A stretch of DNA of 64,000 nucleotides. Origin: Balanoglossus misakiensis. Lineage: Eukaryota; Animalia; Hemichordata. Position 1 is the first letter of the stretch. The number at the start of each line of letters is the position of its first letter. The position numbers were made by a program, and so were the translations under genes. The stretch covers positions 4,144,783 through 4,208,782 of the forward strand of contig CM082580.2 of NCBI GenBank assembly GCA_040954595.2, in the 5' to 3' direction. The notes below the pieces were generated by a model. That model searched no databases, had not been told where the DNA came from, and saw only the letters and a program-made list of their open reading frames with translations. Of this stretch, positions 10,560-22,942 are shown one piece after another.

Positions 10560-10599
10560 CCAAGTCACCGTGCATAGAGAATTTGCTATTTCCCGGTTC

Positions 10600-11525
10600 A
10601 GAGGTCTAAGGTTTTAATTATAACTTTGATGCGACAGACTTGATATACGGCGGAAATTGATTCCATAATTGAGCACCACAGTATTTCACTGTATGTTGAC
10701 CCACATTTGTGGCGTATTTGGGAACAAGAAAATTTCCTTTATCTTTTGACCTTGTTGGATAAACGTGTTCAATATTAACAAAGTACTGTGGAATTGTTAG
10801 TGGGAGGTTTTCATGAATACAATCGTAAACAAATAGTGCTACTTGATACTCATGTTGCCTATACAGGCATATATCAAATATTCCCAGCCTATTAAATAAT
10901 GGAGGTGTATATGTTCGAGTCTCTCTGAGTGTGTGATTGTACGTACTACCCGTTTTTGAGTAAGATGTACTGGCTTCAAATGGGTTTTATAAGCATTTCC
11001 CCAAACTTCTAAAGCATACAATATATGAGGCAAGATGAAACAGTTGTAAAGTAATAACAAAATAGTTTTGGGAACAATGTATTTCATGGTGTAAAGTATG
11101 CCTGCCTTTTGTCTAACCGTTCTATTGATTTTGGCTATATGTTCTTTCCAGATAAGTCTATTATCCAGGACAGTCCCAGTGTACAATAGCAAGTTTTGTG
11201 CTATACTTCTCTCGAAACCCATGCTGATGACGGTACAATAAATCAAAATTATTTAAATAACAAACTAATTGTCTGTTTTTCGAAATCTTTACTGAACTGT
11301 AGGAACACAGAAACTGGTCTATAATTTCCGGGGTCAGACGTTTCACCTTTTTTTTATAGACTGGAGTTACCTTTGCAATTTTCAGTTCATCTGGGAAGAC
11401 TCCAGTGGAAAGTGTTTAATTAATTATGTAGGTCAGTGGTCTTGGAATATAATCTCTATAGCATAGAAATTAAGTTTTGGGCTAATCTGATCAATCCCCA
11501 CAGCTTTATTTTTATCCAAAAAAGA
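10600..11525 (-). mobile_element. Decayed non-LTR retrotransposon fragment (CR1/L2/Crack-group ORF2), frameshifted, RT core deleted
   Basis: Fragments KAVGIDQISPK, ELKIAKVTPVYKKG, PGNYRPVS and LLYRHQHGFREKYSTKLAI join directly to LDNRLIWKEHI...LLLLYNCFILPHILYALEVWG...QKRVVRTI. Ends approximate. Confidence 0.85.
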
Positions 11526-11829
11526 AAAAGAGTGGAATATTAGATAAGTACTTTTTGTGATTTCCTGTATAAAAGTAAAAGTGCTATATAAAGAGCAAAT
11601 TGTACCCGAATTCTATTTTTACCATCTTTTATTGTGTGAAGATCATGTGGATTCATAGCAATGTCCGCCTTGTAATGTTCATCATGAAGGTTCCTAATTC
11701 CGCAATCCCCAGGTGAAATAAACGACGACGCCACACTTCGTTACAATTGATCCATGAGGGCGCTGTCTGTTATCGTCTCGTCACGGAAGACGGTTGCCAT
11801 AACATCGGCTACAAAAAAGTAAGGCGTTA

Positions 11830-12629
11830 GGCTGCATTCACAAACACCTCTGGAGGGGGGGGGCGGGAGAATTCAATTTTTTTTACCGCTTATTTTCACA
11901 TGCCCCCTTCCCAACTGCCAATATTTTCAAATCACCCCTTCCGAACTGCCAAAATTTTGAAACCCCCCCCCCCCATTTTCTTTCAAAGAGCAAAACACAT
12001 CACCTATCTATCTTGTAAAAAGAAAAACAGCGCTCCCATGAAAAGAATTTGAAACTGATGTTTCCCCTCATCAGTGGATATTAAAACTGAACATTGTTTT
12101 TATTTTTTAAGTACATATATTTGTATTCTGTGTTGGGAGACATTGTAAACCGAGAATTGAAGGGGGTGGGTTTGGGAGGGGGTGTCCCCCTCCCACGTAA
12201 GAAAATTTTCTAAAATACAGAGCTCAAAGCTGCATTTTAATGAACCCGGCAAAAGCAAATTAACTCAACTACCGGTATGTTGGGGAGGACAAATTTAACC
12301 GTCGCCGCTCAAAGTTATCATGGGGTGGGGCAAGTCCCCTGACCTGGGACACTAGATAAACCAGTCAATGATTGAAAGGTGTTGATGAATGGAGGGGGTG
12401 GGTGTGGGAGGGGGTGTCCCCCTCCCACATTAGAAAATTTTGTAAAATAAAGGGCGCGAAACTGCATTTTTGTGGACTCAAAATAAATATTTAGTCGTTA
12501 AAGTTTTCAAGTCCCCCCCTTTCAGTCCCTAAATTATTTCAAATCCCCCCCCTTACATACCCTCAATTTTTTCAAATCCCCCCCTCAATTCTCCTGCCCC
12601 CCCCTCCAGAGGTGTTTGTGAATGCAGCC
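11830..12629. mobile_element. 800-bp PIF/Harbinger-type MITE
   Basis: TIR GGCTGCATTCACAAACACCTCTGGAGGGGGGG at both ends; TTA flanks at 11827-11829 and 12630-12632; internal ~50-bp direct repeat near 12161 and 12393. Confidence 0.85.
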
Positions 12630-14829
12630 TTACAGTGATATATTAGATATATGAAAATATAACAAAAAAGCAATTCAAACACATTAATTTCTTTTGAGAG
12701 ATTGACGATGACAATAAAGGAAGAAAAAATATGTTCCCCGATAGTCAGCTTCCAGCTCGCAACCTAATGCTGTGGTTTCTCACTAAGCTTTATATGTCAA
12801 GGCTTCTTCAAAAGTTTTATTCGAAATGCAAGTTTTTTTTGTCTTTTATTGTTAAAAATTTCGTTCCAAAGAGAGAAAGATAAATAAAGTGATTACAAAC
12901 ATTTAACAAAAGAAAGTAGATTACAGGAAAATGCAAGTTCGAGCGAGGTCTGGCGCGTGATATCCTTCTCACTGTTAAAAATTAACAAAACATATGGTCT
13001 AAATATTCTCATGTACGAGTCTATCTTATCATCATTGCAGTAAAAGTAAACTGGAGAAATACATGCTTACGTACTGGTGTCGAGAATAAGAGGTCAAAGG
13101 TCTTTTATTTTCACTATATCAAGAGGTCTGGGTACACAGTTCAACGTAACTTCCTATGCACATATAATGAACACTGCAGCTATCATGTTCTTTAATTACA
13201 TCACACATAACGGTGTGAAATCTTTGTTTTATCTGAGCATGTCTGGCATGCCCTTATCTCTCTACTGAGATGTAAACGAGACGTACAAAACATGTTGTAT
13301 ATACATGTACTAGTACATAGTTGTCCACAAACCCGAAATCAAAAGACGCTGTTCACAATACCAATTATCGCAAACTACCCCCATGACAACCCTCTGTCGA
13401 CAGCTACTAAGCACATTAACGAACATACACAACCCATGCAGGTATACTATACGGGTACTTTGTTAGCCTTCTGCAGCTGGTTGTTGCATGTGGACGTGTG
13501 ACAGTGATTTATGCGCAGTCTCTCTATCACACTATGACAGGAGAGTTTGAATGCGATTAGTGATGTACTAGTGCGTATTAAACGTCAATCCCAAGACAAT
13601 GTGAATGGCGGAGAACTTTGATTTTGTGAATAGTCTGCTATCATGTACACTACCTCTATAAAGGTTTTATTGAGCTGGATCATGCCACAGTCTACCAGAC
13701 CGTGGAGTCTGTCGCGTGATCAGCTTATCCAGTTGACTGTCAGTAATGTTCTCTGCTGAAACATTGACACCCTCACATGGTTTTGTTGTGAGAGAAGACC
13801 AGCACGTGAGTTTGCGTTTTGCAGATATTTGAAGAAATTGTCGTTGAGTGAGGAGTCAAGAATTACGAGAATGTCGTCAATTGAGTGACACACCTTGTGA
13901 ATAAAACAGTTCTCTGGGAAGTCGTATTTTACATTTGGGAGAGGAACGTGTTTTAGAAATGGACACGTTTAAAGAATGCATGATGTTCAAAAAATATGAC
14001 TATTCGAGAACCAGAGATTGGCGAGTGCGCACGTTTGTGTATAAACATTACAATTCATCCACAAAAACCTGGAATTAGATAAGTGGTCAATATACGTACA
14101 GTCCGACTCTGGTAACGTTACTTTTATTTTCCCCAGTTTTCCTCCTGGCAAGTGTAGTGTATCTATGGTAATTCATCGGCAGTTTTAGTACTACAGTTTG
14201 TGAGAATTGGATTGGAAGGCTTATCATAATAAATGTCATAAAGATAAACGGTGTACTTATGTGGATTTGCTGTCATAAATTAAATTTCTCTGGCACTGAC
14301 AGATAGAGTCACACTCACTACCCGGCGACAGCTTCCAATGGTATCTTCCGCGAGACTGTGGGGTGACAATGTTACTGCATGTTGCATGCTGTTGTCACGA
14401 TTTGGTTTGTTCTTGTCAGCTGAGTGCAATACACTGTTCGAACACACAAATACTTTCATTGTGCCAAGGTGGCATTATTCAAAAAATACTACTGGGAAGA
14501 GAGTTGCACATCTTGCCGACAGCATATATCCCCCGTTAAGAAATGGTATCACCCACAAAGTCCATGATGTCACCCAATCTACCGCCTAAAAATTTACATG
14601 ATAATAGTACACCACAACAAGTGTCCGTTAATACATTATACCGCAACGAGATATGCTAGTTACACATACAGTATAATCTATGAGGTTTAATTCCGCTACG
14701 CACTTCGCTCACATATGTTGCTGTCTCACGTCATTGCAGTAAAGGACACTTGTTGCATGCTATTTTAATTGCGGTGCAGTAAGCAAGGCAACTGTACATC
14801 GAGAAGAAATTAACCCTGTCAACTTTACC

Positions 14830-14969
14830 GATATAGCGGCGACTGTGTCGACGTGGACCAAACACCAGTATTTCATTCAAACTTTACGAGTGTTTGTGTG
14901 TACACACATAGTACAGTGCTCGCGCAGCGCTGACATGTCGCGCTGGCCTTGAGTACCGCCGCGATCCCG
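14830..14969 (+). other. Candidate non-coding upstream exon, possibly RASEF 5'UTR
   Basis: CpG-rich patch ending in a strong donor CCG|gtaagt; exon A has an unexplained acceptor at 26093. Start approximate. Confidence 0.3.
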
Positions 14970-17900
14970 GTAAGTGTTTCTTAACTATCATGTTTAAATG
15001 TAAGCGCTGTGGATACTGATTATATCAAAAAAGTTTAATGTCAAATGCCAACGTTGCCATATCCAAATATGCCAGACCAGTGTGCATGTGTATATACATG
15101 ACAATGCGTGCTATTATTGTTCCTCTATAGTCTTCAAAGTCTACTTGAATTGAGCGTCTTGGCTCACAAGGTTTCTCAAGGCGGATTTTCTTGATAGTCG
15201 CGCGGACGTAGATTGCAACACCGAAATGGTGCGGCTACTGTGCGGGTGCAGTCGTACAGGTGCTAACGCCAAAGTAAACAGTCTAAGACGTAACGGTCAC
15301 TTAGTCAACTTTAGAAGCGTCTGTCACGATGTGTATGCAGGTGTATGCAATCTGCGCATACTAGTAGTACTTATTTCTGATCTTAGTATAGCCTTGAGGT
15401 AAACAGTTCTTTGAAAAGCTTCAGAATGCGATTTTAAACGGTAAGCAATGATCAGTCAGTCTCATAAGAAGTTTAAACTCAGTCTGAGTTTGCGTACGTC
15501 TCGGTAGAATTCCGGTGGTTTACCTCAGGCACCTACATGTATCAAAAATTGTTTGAAATTTTACAAAACGGAATTATAAAACTGCTCGGAGAACTGTTTA
15601 TTAACAGCGCGATTGTCAAGTATACATTTTAATTATAGTGGAATGTAGACCCGCGATGGCAATCTTGTTATAGAAGACTATAGGCCTTTATTCTAACAGT
15701 TGTGACGTTCCCACCATTTCGTGTGCTTTGGTGCGTCCCCAGTCAATTAAAAAATCTGACCAGATCAATTCCCCCGGTGGTGTATTTCAAGGTGGACGCT
15801 ACTCAGCAGTGTGCCACTCTGACATGAGTAACCGCGATAAATAAAACACAGCGACGTCGTGACTACATTGTCAACAACTTCTATTAATGCGGGGGCTGCA
15901 TGTTCTACTTTCAATTCTCAGTGTATCTGTGTTTACCGATATATTTTGTCTGCACTGGAACAATCGCACCGCTGTTAACCGCGCTCAGCTGAGGTGGTTA
16001 TTTAATTATTTATGACAAAATTCCGCCAAAGGGCGGACTCTGCTCACTCAACGCTGACAATTCTTATGAATTCTCTCAACTTTATTGACGAGGTATTTAC
16101 TCTGATAAACAATCGTCCGTAAGACGCAGTATATAGCAGCTTCAGTATGTAGTAGGGCGCGCGTACTTTTAAAACCAGTGGACACACCAGTTCATCGCAT
16201 AAAGTACACAAAATTTGTCCATTTTGGCGCATAATGATTTGATTGGTCAAAAATAACAGCGATAATATTCCGAGTTTATCGAGGCTTAAGTAGGTACCAT
16301 ATGGAGAAAACAAACGCTCACACGGCGACGATAATGGAACCAACGTTGAATCAATGCTCAGTCCCGTCATTCCCTTGTTTTGCATTGAGGTCCGACCGCT
16401 CCATTGAACACAAAAATGTTTTCAACAAAAGTCTCATGATACAGGGGTTAATGGGTCATTGGATATATTAAATGGCGCTGCTCACAAACTAACGTCAGAC
16501 CTTGTTTGATTCAGTCGCTTGGGGGAACAGTTTTGATAATGTTATGTCAACCTTTAGTTTTAAAAATGCCCTATTCCATCAACATCATCATTTAGTAATA
16601 CATTCGTCATCGACCAAGCGTGGTTCCCCTGTTCTCTGACCAATCGCGCACAGTGTAACAAAGATGACCTGGGAGAGACATCCGGTGGCCGGGCAGACGA
16701 CACAATTTGACTTGACATGATATCGGTAAGCGAGTCATGATAATACATGTAATGTTAATATAGACGAAACATAAACATTCAGCTGTACATTACAACCGAA
16801 GATTTTACACAGGAAAAGAGATAATATTAAACAATTTCTCTTTGACTCTCATACAAAACGATAACCAGTGAGACAAAAACAGGAAATGTTTTCAAACTTC
16901 TGGATTCCGATTGAAAAGAGTTTTAAACAGAACATTCCGTTACATAACCGACAACCGGTGCATTTATACTAGGCCCTACACACACTGTGGTTGACTAGTG
17001 TTGCATGCATCATTAGTATAGTGCGTGTATATGGTGTAGATGCAATAATTCATTTACCGGGCCCGGGGTCGCGGAGCGAGGGTCATCGGTCGACTTGAAT
17101 GACCCTTCAAGCCGAGAGACCCTCACCCTACCCCATGCACCCGGGCTACAAGTATTGCAGCTAAAGCATATTATTGTCAAGTCTTCAAAATAATCATTGA
17201 AATGTGATAAATATTATTGTACAAGCCTGTATTACGCTCAACACTCATTTTATTCACAGTGCAATATATTTATAGAGAATATTGCAGTAAATTTAATCAC
17301 AATCTACGAAAGAAACTAAAACCAAAAAGCTGTATTTTAATCGAGGAATTTTCAGTGAAACCAGTGACGTCACAGAACATACATTGTGTATGTTATATTT
17401 TATGAGAACCAGAACTAAGATGGACACCTTGGTAGATTTAAACCGATGCTGCGACTGTTAGATTAAGCGGATTATATTAATCCAATCGTAAACCCCCATC
17501 TTAGTAAAATTGTCCAATAAATGTCAATAAGACGATTGACATTGCTGACCTAATTTTAGACGGAGTAGAATTATTAGTAATGTAAACTAAACACGACAGG
17601 ATGACGGATGATAAGGATATTATACACACTGGGTTGGCGGGCACCTGTTGGTTCCCATTCCGGGAGGTCGACAAAAAGTAGGCCGGCCGAAGGTTGAGAA
17701 TTTGAAGTGCGCGGGAAACAGTGTCGTCAGAAACAGATTTTTCATAAAATTGAAAAATCCTGGCCATCATTCCTCCCTGGACTCATCCCTCTTACGTTTG
17801 GAATATTTACACATTTTATTTATCTGCACAGCCAAAACAATCCTCATCTATGCAGGCCCTGCATTAGCGTCACCATAATTAGCGAATTCACTCCTACAAC

Positions 17901-18524
17901 GAAATTAGCTAAACCTTCTAGTTAAAAAGATGTCTCCATGCATCTCAGTATACAGTTCTATATACTATATAGTAAGGCCCGATTCGGGTCTGTCTACACA
18001 CTTTTGAAGTCAGTCCAACTTTTCAGACCGGTTTTCAGGTCTTTTTGGTAAATCCTTCTTTTCCCGGCCTCCTTATTTTCAAGGCCTTCCTGCATGGGCA
18101 AATATGAAGCCAAATCTCAAATGAGGTATGCATATTTGATGATTAATCAGGTAGATATGTTTTGAAGGTCGGTATGTTATCACGCATATGTTTCAGTGCA
18201 GGAGTCAGTTATACAGGGATTATACAGAAGCGGATATTGGTATTATGGGCGATACAACAATGGGTGGCAACACACTTTACAGTGGTTGGTTTATCAGAAA
18301 TGAAGTCACAGATGATCTTTGCATTTATAAGGATTTAGTTTTTTGTCAAGGTGGCGCAGAAATGCAAATGAGGAAAAAAGTGGTGATTTTTCAGCGTTAA
18401 TTGATAGATCATGTCATTGCTACCGTTTGGGATTCGTCATGCATTCCGGTAGAAACTATCCAACAAGAAACTGCATAGAATTATGTTCTACTCGAATAGC
18501 CAATAAAGGACGTAATATTTCTCC

Positions 18525-18569
18525 CCATCCATCCATCCATGCATCCATCCATCCATCCATCCATCCATC
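18525..18569. repeat. (CATC)n microsatellite
   Basis: About 11 CATC units with one interruption. Confidence 0.9.
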
Positions 18570-19339
18570 ACTGACACCCACCCATTCAAAATCTCTGTAA
18601 ACAGTCGAATTGTGAAATTCTGGAGTCAGAATGGTTGTTATTGTTGTCGTTCAAAAGCGCCGATACAACAGATGGGCATTTTCAAATGTGCCCGTCGTTC
18701 ATGGTAGGTCAGCGACCTCAGGGACATGAACTTCAACTTGCCTTCACTCTACTCTGGCTTCTGTCCGTCCCAACCGAAACAAAAAGTATTTCTTACCAGG
18801 CCATGCCCGAACAGAAAACCCCCTTTTTCACAATCATGGTCAAAGACCTACAGGGGGTCGGTTCACCTCATAGATGCGACTTTATAAAGTACTACAAGTT
18901 TATTGTAAAATGGTACAACCTTCGTTTTCAACGCTGACGTTTACCTCTATTAACGTGAGGGTTTTCAAACCAAGCCCGGGACAATAAAAAACTAACCTGT
19001 AACAATTAATATCCTATTTTATTTAAATTTATCGTGTAATTTATCGATCTTTATTGCATTTGAGATCGCTGACAGGTACAACTGATAGTACGTGTAATAT
19101 TTTATGTTCCTGAAATAGCTGAAAAAATGCGACAATAAAATGAAATTGCTATTTCGGGAAAAACGGTGAGTCAGTTGTTTGTCCATCAACAATAGAAGGA
19201 GATGGCTTATCATGACGGCGAAGCTTGTAGACCCGAATCCTCTAAAAAAACGCCGGACACTACTCCATTCTGACACCAGAGCTGTTGTTTATTTGCTTTT
19301 CATTTTAATCAAAATGAAGTATGATGTGTACGTAATTAC

Positions 19340-19482
19340 ATTATAGCAATAAACCCTCTGCCGCAGTCGGGTATACACTGAGATTTCGGTACAATTCGGT
19401 ACGCGGTCCATATTGTAGATCAGTGTCGCGGATTGTATAACAATCTCGTGTATACGCTCCCGTGGCGGGGGTTATTGCTTAA
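19340..19482 (-). mobile_element. Hairpin end of a Crypton-like non-autonomous element
   Basis: Minus strand reads TTAAGCAATAACCCCCGCC...GTATACAC...GTGTATAC...GGGTTTATTGCTATAAT, an imperfect long palindrome like CryptonV/A non-autonomous ends. Other end not located. Confidence 0.5.
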
Positions 19483-22400
19483 CTATCCTATGCCACATGC
19501 AATATATTGTCATAAATAAAACTTGACAGTGACCTTATTAGCGTTTACGTTTAGCTACTTTGAACTGAGGGTCAAAATTACAGTTATTGTTTAATAGGTG
19601 GTAATGGTTGGATAAATTAAAATGTTTTGACTGCCGGAAATGGTAAAAATAAATCGATAATATAAATACAAATGAAGAATGTCGATAAACCTTTTCTTGG
19701 AATGAATCGTTTAGTTCGTGCCCATTATGATGTCACAGGTATCAGGAAATTATCAAAATAACAATTTGCGGACACTTAAATTTTATTTTTTCGTTTGCTG
19801 GCAGATATTGATTTCAGCCAACCTGTCACCTCGCGGTGGTTTTGATGACGCCATGAAACAATCAGTCGAAAGTGAAAAAAAATAAATTAAAATAGAAATT
19901 AACCCGATGGGAATATGTTTGCATGAATCACGCTAAAATCAGAATAGATGCAGAAAAGAAAATATTGATGCGAAATTACTTGTAAACTGTGTCCAATTGT
20001 TCAATTCTGTTATTTTTATGTGTCGTTCACAAACATGACTTAATTACAAAATAACGTTGACATTTTCGTCAAAGGCGCCCACCTTCAGTTTTAATTAATT
20101 ATTTTTTCAGATTTAATTCTAATTTATTTTCAATGTTGTGTGGTATATAGTTCACGTTGATAAACAAAGTTCACCAAATGTCGGCTTTTGTTCACTGTAT
20201 TACGTTCAGGAATTTTTTAAAGCTATTTATTGGAGTTGAAAAACTAGGGCGATTTGCCTCCGATTTCTTGCAAATACATTATCTTTTTTGAACGACGCAG
20301 GTTAAATTGGGGAGATAACATTGTTTCTTCTTTTGTAGACACCGGCTACTAGTAACTTACACGTTGGTAATAAGGATGCCACGTGATCTATCATGTGATC
20401 TGTTAAACCAGAACACACCATATTTTCACTGTCAATACGACCCCAGCCATCATTCAACCAGTAAGGATACTGAAGAATAAAGCTGGCGACGACAGAGCAG
20501 TTTAATTATAGTAGTTTCCAAGGCAACCCCTGGAAAAGGAAAAGAATATCACTATAACAACCGTTTGATCGGCGCGATGGGTTGTCAACTGTGCACGGTG
20601 ACAATAGTTGATGTATTCTTTGTGGAAATATCATGTGGTACGGTGCCAACAACTGGAGCTTTTATTGTCTACTAAATTTGGATGTATTGAATACGAACGG
20701 ACGTTTTCGCCATAATTAATTTTAAAACCTCCCAAATCATATGTAACATATGTTATATTGTACTTTGAAAGGTAGAAGCAGCTTTTCCAAATATACATAG
20801 GCACATCTTCGTAAAAATCAGCTACAGACGAACGAAATGGAACAAGACGATACAAACAACATATCTTTGTTTCAGAGAGTGGTTTGTTAAGCACAGTTTG
20901 GATACGGCGCGATTCAACACCCGTGTACATGTAGTTTCACGTATTGAACAAGTTACTCATGAATGACTTTGAGTTTGCAATATATACACAAAAATACTGC
21001 AAAAAAACTTCCACACTTCTGTCAAACGAGATGTCAAATGTCGACGACCTGTCGCCTTTTCGACACAGGAAGCGCAACGAAGAATTAAACTGTAGGGGAA
21101 TGGTCGCCTGGCAACAAAGCCGTGAAACATAATATCCGATAATGATTAATTTGCACGCGACGCACGATATCATCTATACATGTACACTGTTATTCCAGGC
21201 ATTCGCAAAGTCACTAAGTCATTCAATTAACACCAGTTATCGTCAAATGACCAATCCCCAAAGCAACTGGAAAATCGGGTCATTATTAATTCGCACTTTA
21301 GCATTCTGGTTCACGTTACATGATTATTACATTCTCACACGTTGGAGAAGTCAAACAACGAACCGAGTCCCCCGCCCACTCGTCGATTCTACATATAGTG
21401 ATCGGATAACCGGATTAAAGGCCGATACATGGTGATAGTCACTGGTCTGTTTTCACGACAGTTAATTGTAAATTCAGATATTATGGTATGATTGGCAATT
21501 TGTAAGCCGGAAACGTCAAGCTGGTGTCAGAGCAGATCAGGGCTTTGTATTTTTCGCGCTGAAATGCGCTGACTTACTTCGTTTGCTTCGTTTCACCGAC
21601 CCACTTTGGGTCTGACCAAATACAACCGACTCCATTTTTTTTTGCTGAAAGAATATCCTTTGTAGAGCAATCAAGTGATTGCGTGATACCCGTAATCATC
21701 AAAATATGGCACATATGCAGAAACCTGACATTTAAACATTATAAATTTTAGTCAAAGTGTTCATATGTAAAACAATTTGTGTGACTTCATTTATATCCCA
21801 GATACACGCATATAATTACGCACATATTTAATAACAAAAATGATATGATCAAAAGGACGTTCGTCTTTTTTTTACCTCGTTAACTCTTCTATAGCCCACG
21901 GTCAATTATATCTCTACGAAACAACTTGTCGCTTGAACATTTTGGATGAAAAACAACACAATTGAAAAAGAAGGTCGCCTAAAATTCTGTTTAATCTAAT
22001 CACCCAACGTCCGTGAGTCAATGACATTTACGTGACAAGAATGGTTGCACGATTTGGGTGATTTTGTTTCGTGCACGGTCCACCCTTTTCGTTTTCGCGC
22101 CATAAATTTCAGATCTAGTTTTAGTAATATCACAGACAAAGAGTGACATTTTCACTTTGTCTGTGGTAACATGCAGCGGTCCTCCTGTTTCCGCCAAATA
22201 CAGACGATGTGTCAGAAATAATTAATTGCCAGTGAAATAATTCTTGGAAAATGTACTTGCAAATTCCCTGAAAAATTGTGATCGACGTGAAATAAAACTT
22301 TCGTCGTTCGGCTCCGTCTCACGCTATCACATTTTATAGTTTCGCGGTAATAATACGATATTAGAAAATTTAGTCTGTCATCTACCGTAGACAATCTCAC

Positions 22401-22750
22401 TTTGTCGGTCTAAAGATGAAAATCATGCTGGTATTCCGTTTGATCAAAGACCGCATACTGGCGGTACACGACGCTACTTCCACACAAAACAGAATGGGAT
22501 CTTTACAGTTTCGCACAATTCACAAATTTCATTCCTGTCTATCAAATTTCGGTTACATATTTATTTGTATCGCGTCAAACGTTTTCGACATTATAGCCCG
22601 GCTAACACACGACCAGCTCGTAATCAGTACAGTGCCAATGCGGATGGCATCTGCGAGCTCATACCCCGACGCCATTAGTACCCCTATACTGGCACCCTTT
22701 TAGCGCGGAGTCGACCATTTTGTGTTCGGACACGAAACGTGTTGACAAAG

Positions 22751-22942
22751 GTCACGTGACTCAGCTCTGATAGTTACTGGTTGGTGCAGTTCGTGTTGCC
22801 GACTCGATGGAAGTCTCTATTTTTAGTCTTGTTTTACATCCCGACTCTGCATATGTTTATCATCATACCCGCGTGTAGACCGTATATGTGCGGATGTTCC
22901 CTTAGCTCGGTCTTCGAAAAAAATAACACTGCGCCGTATTTG
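22751..22942 (+). promoter_or_regulatory. Candidate alternative promoter / non-coding exon upstream of RASEF
   Basis: Perfect GTCACGTGAC E-box at 22751, followed ~180 bp later by donor TTG|gtaagt. Confidence 0.3.

Noticed and set aside
10839-11246. 135-aa ORF as a host gene
   Set aside because: It is the C-terminal part of a frameshifted LINE ORF2.
17050-17150. GC-rich imperfect hairpin (AGGGTCAT...ATGACCCT)
   Set aside because: Only an 8-bp core with bulged extensions; no recognisable ncRNA or transposon context.
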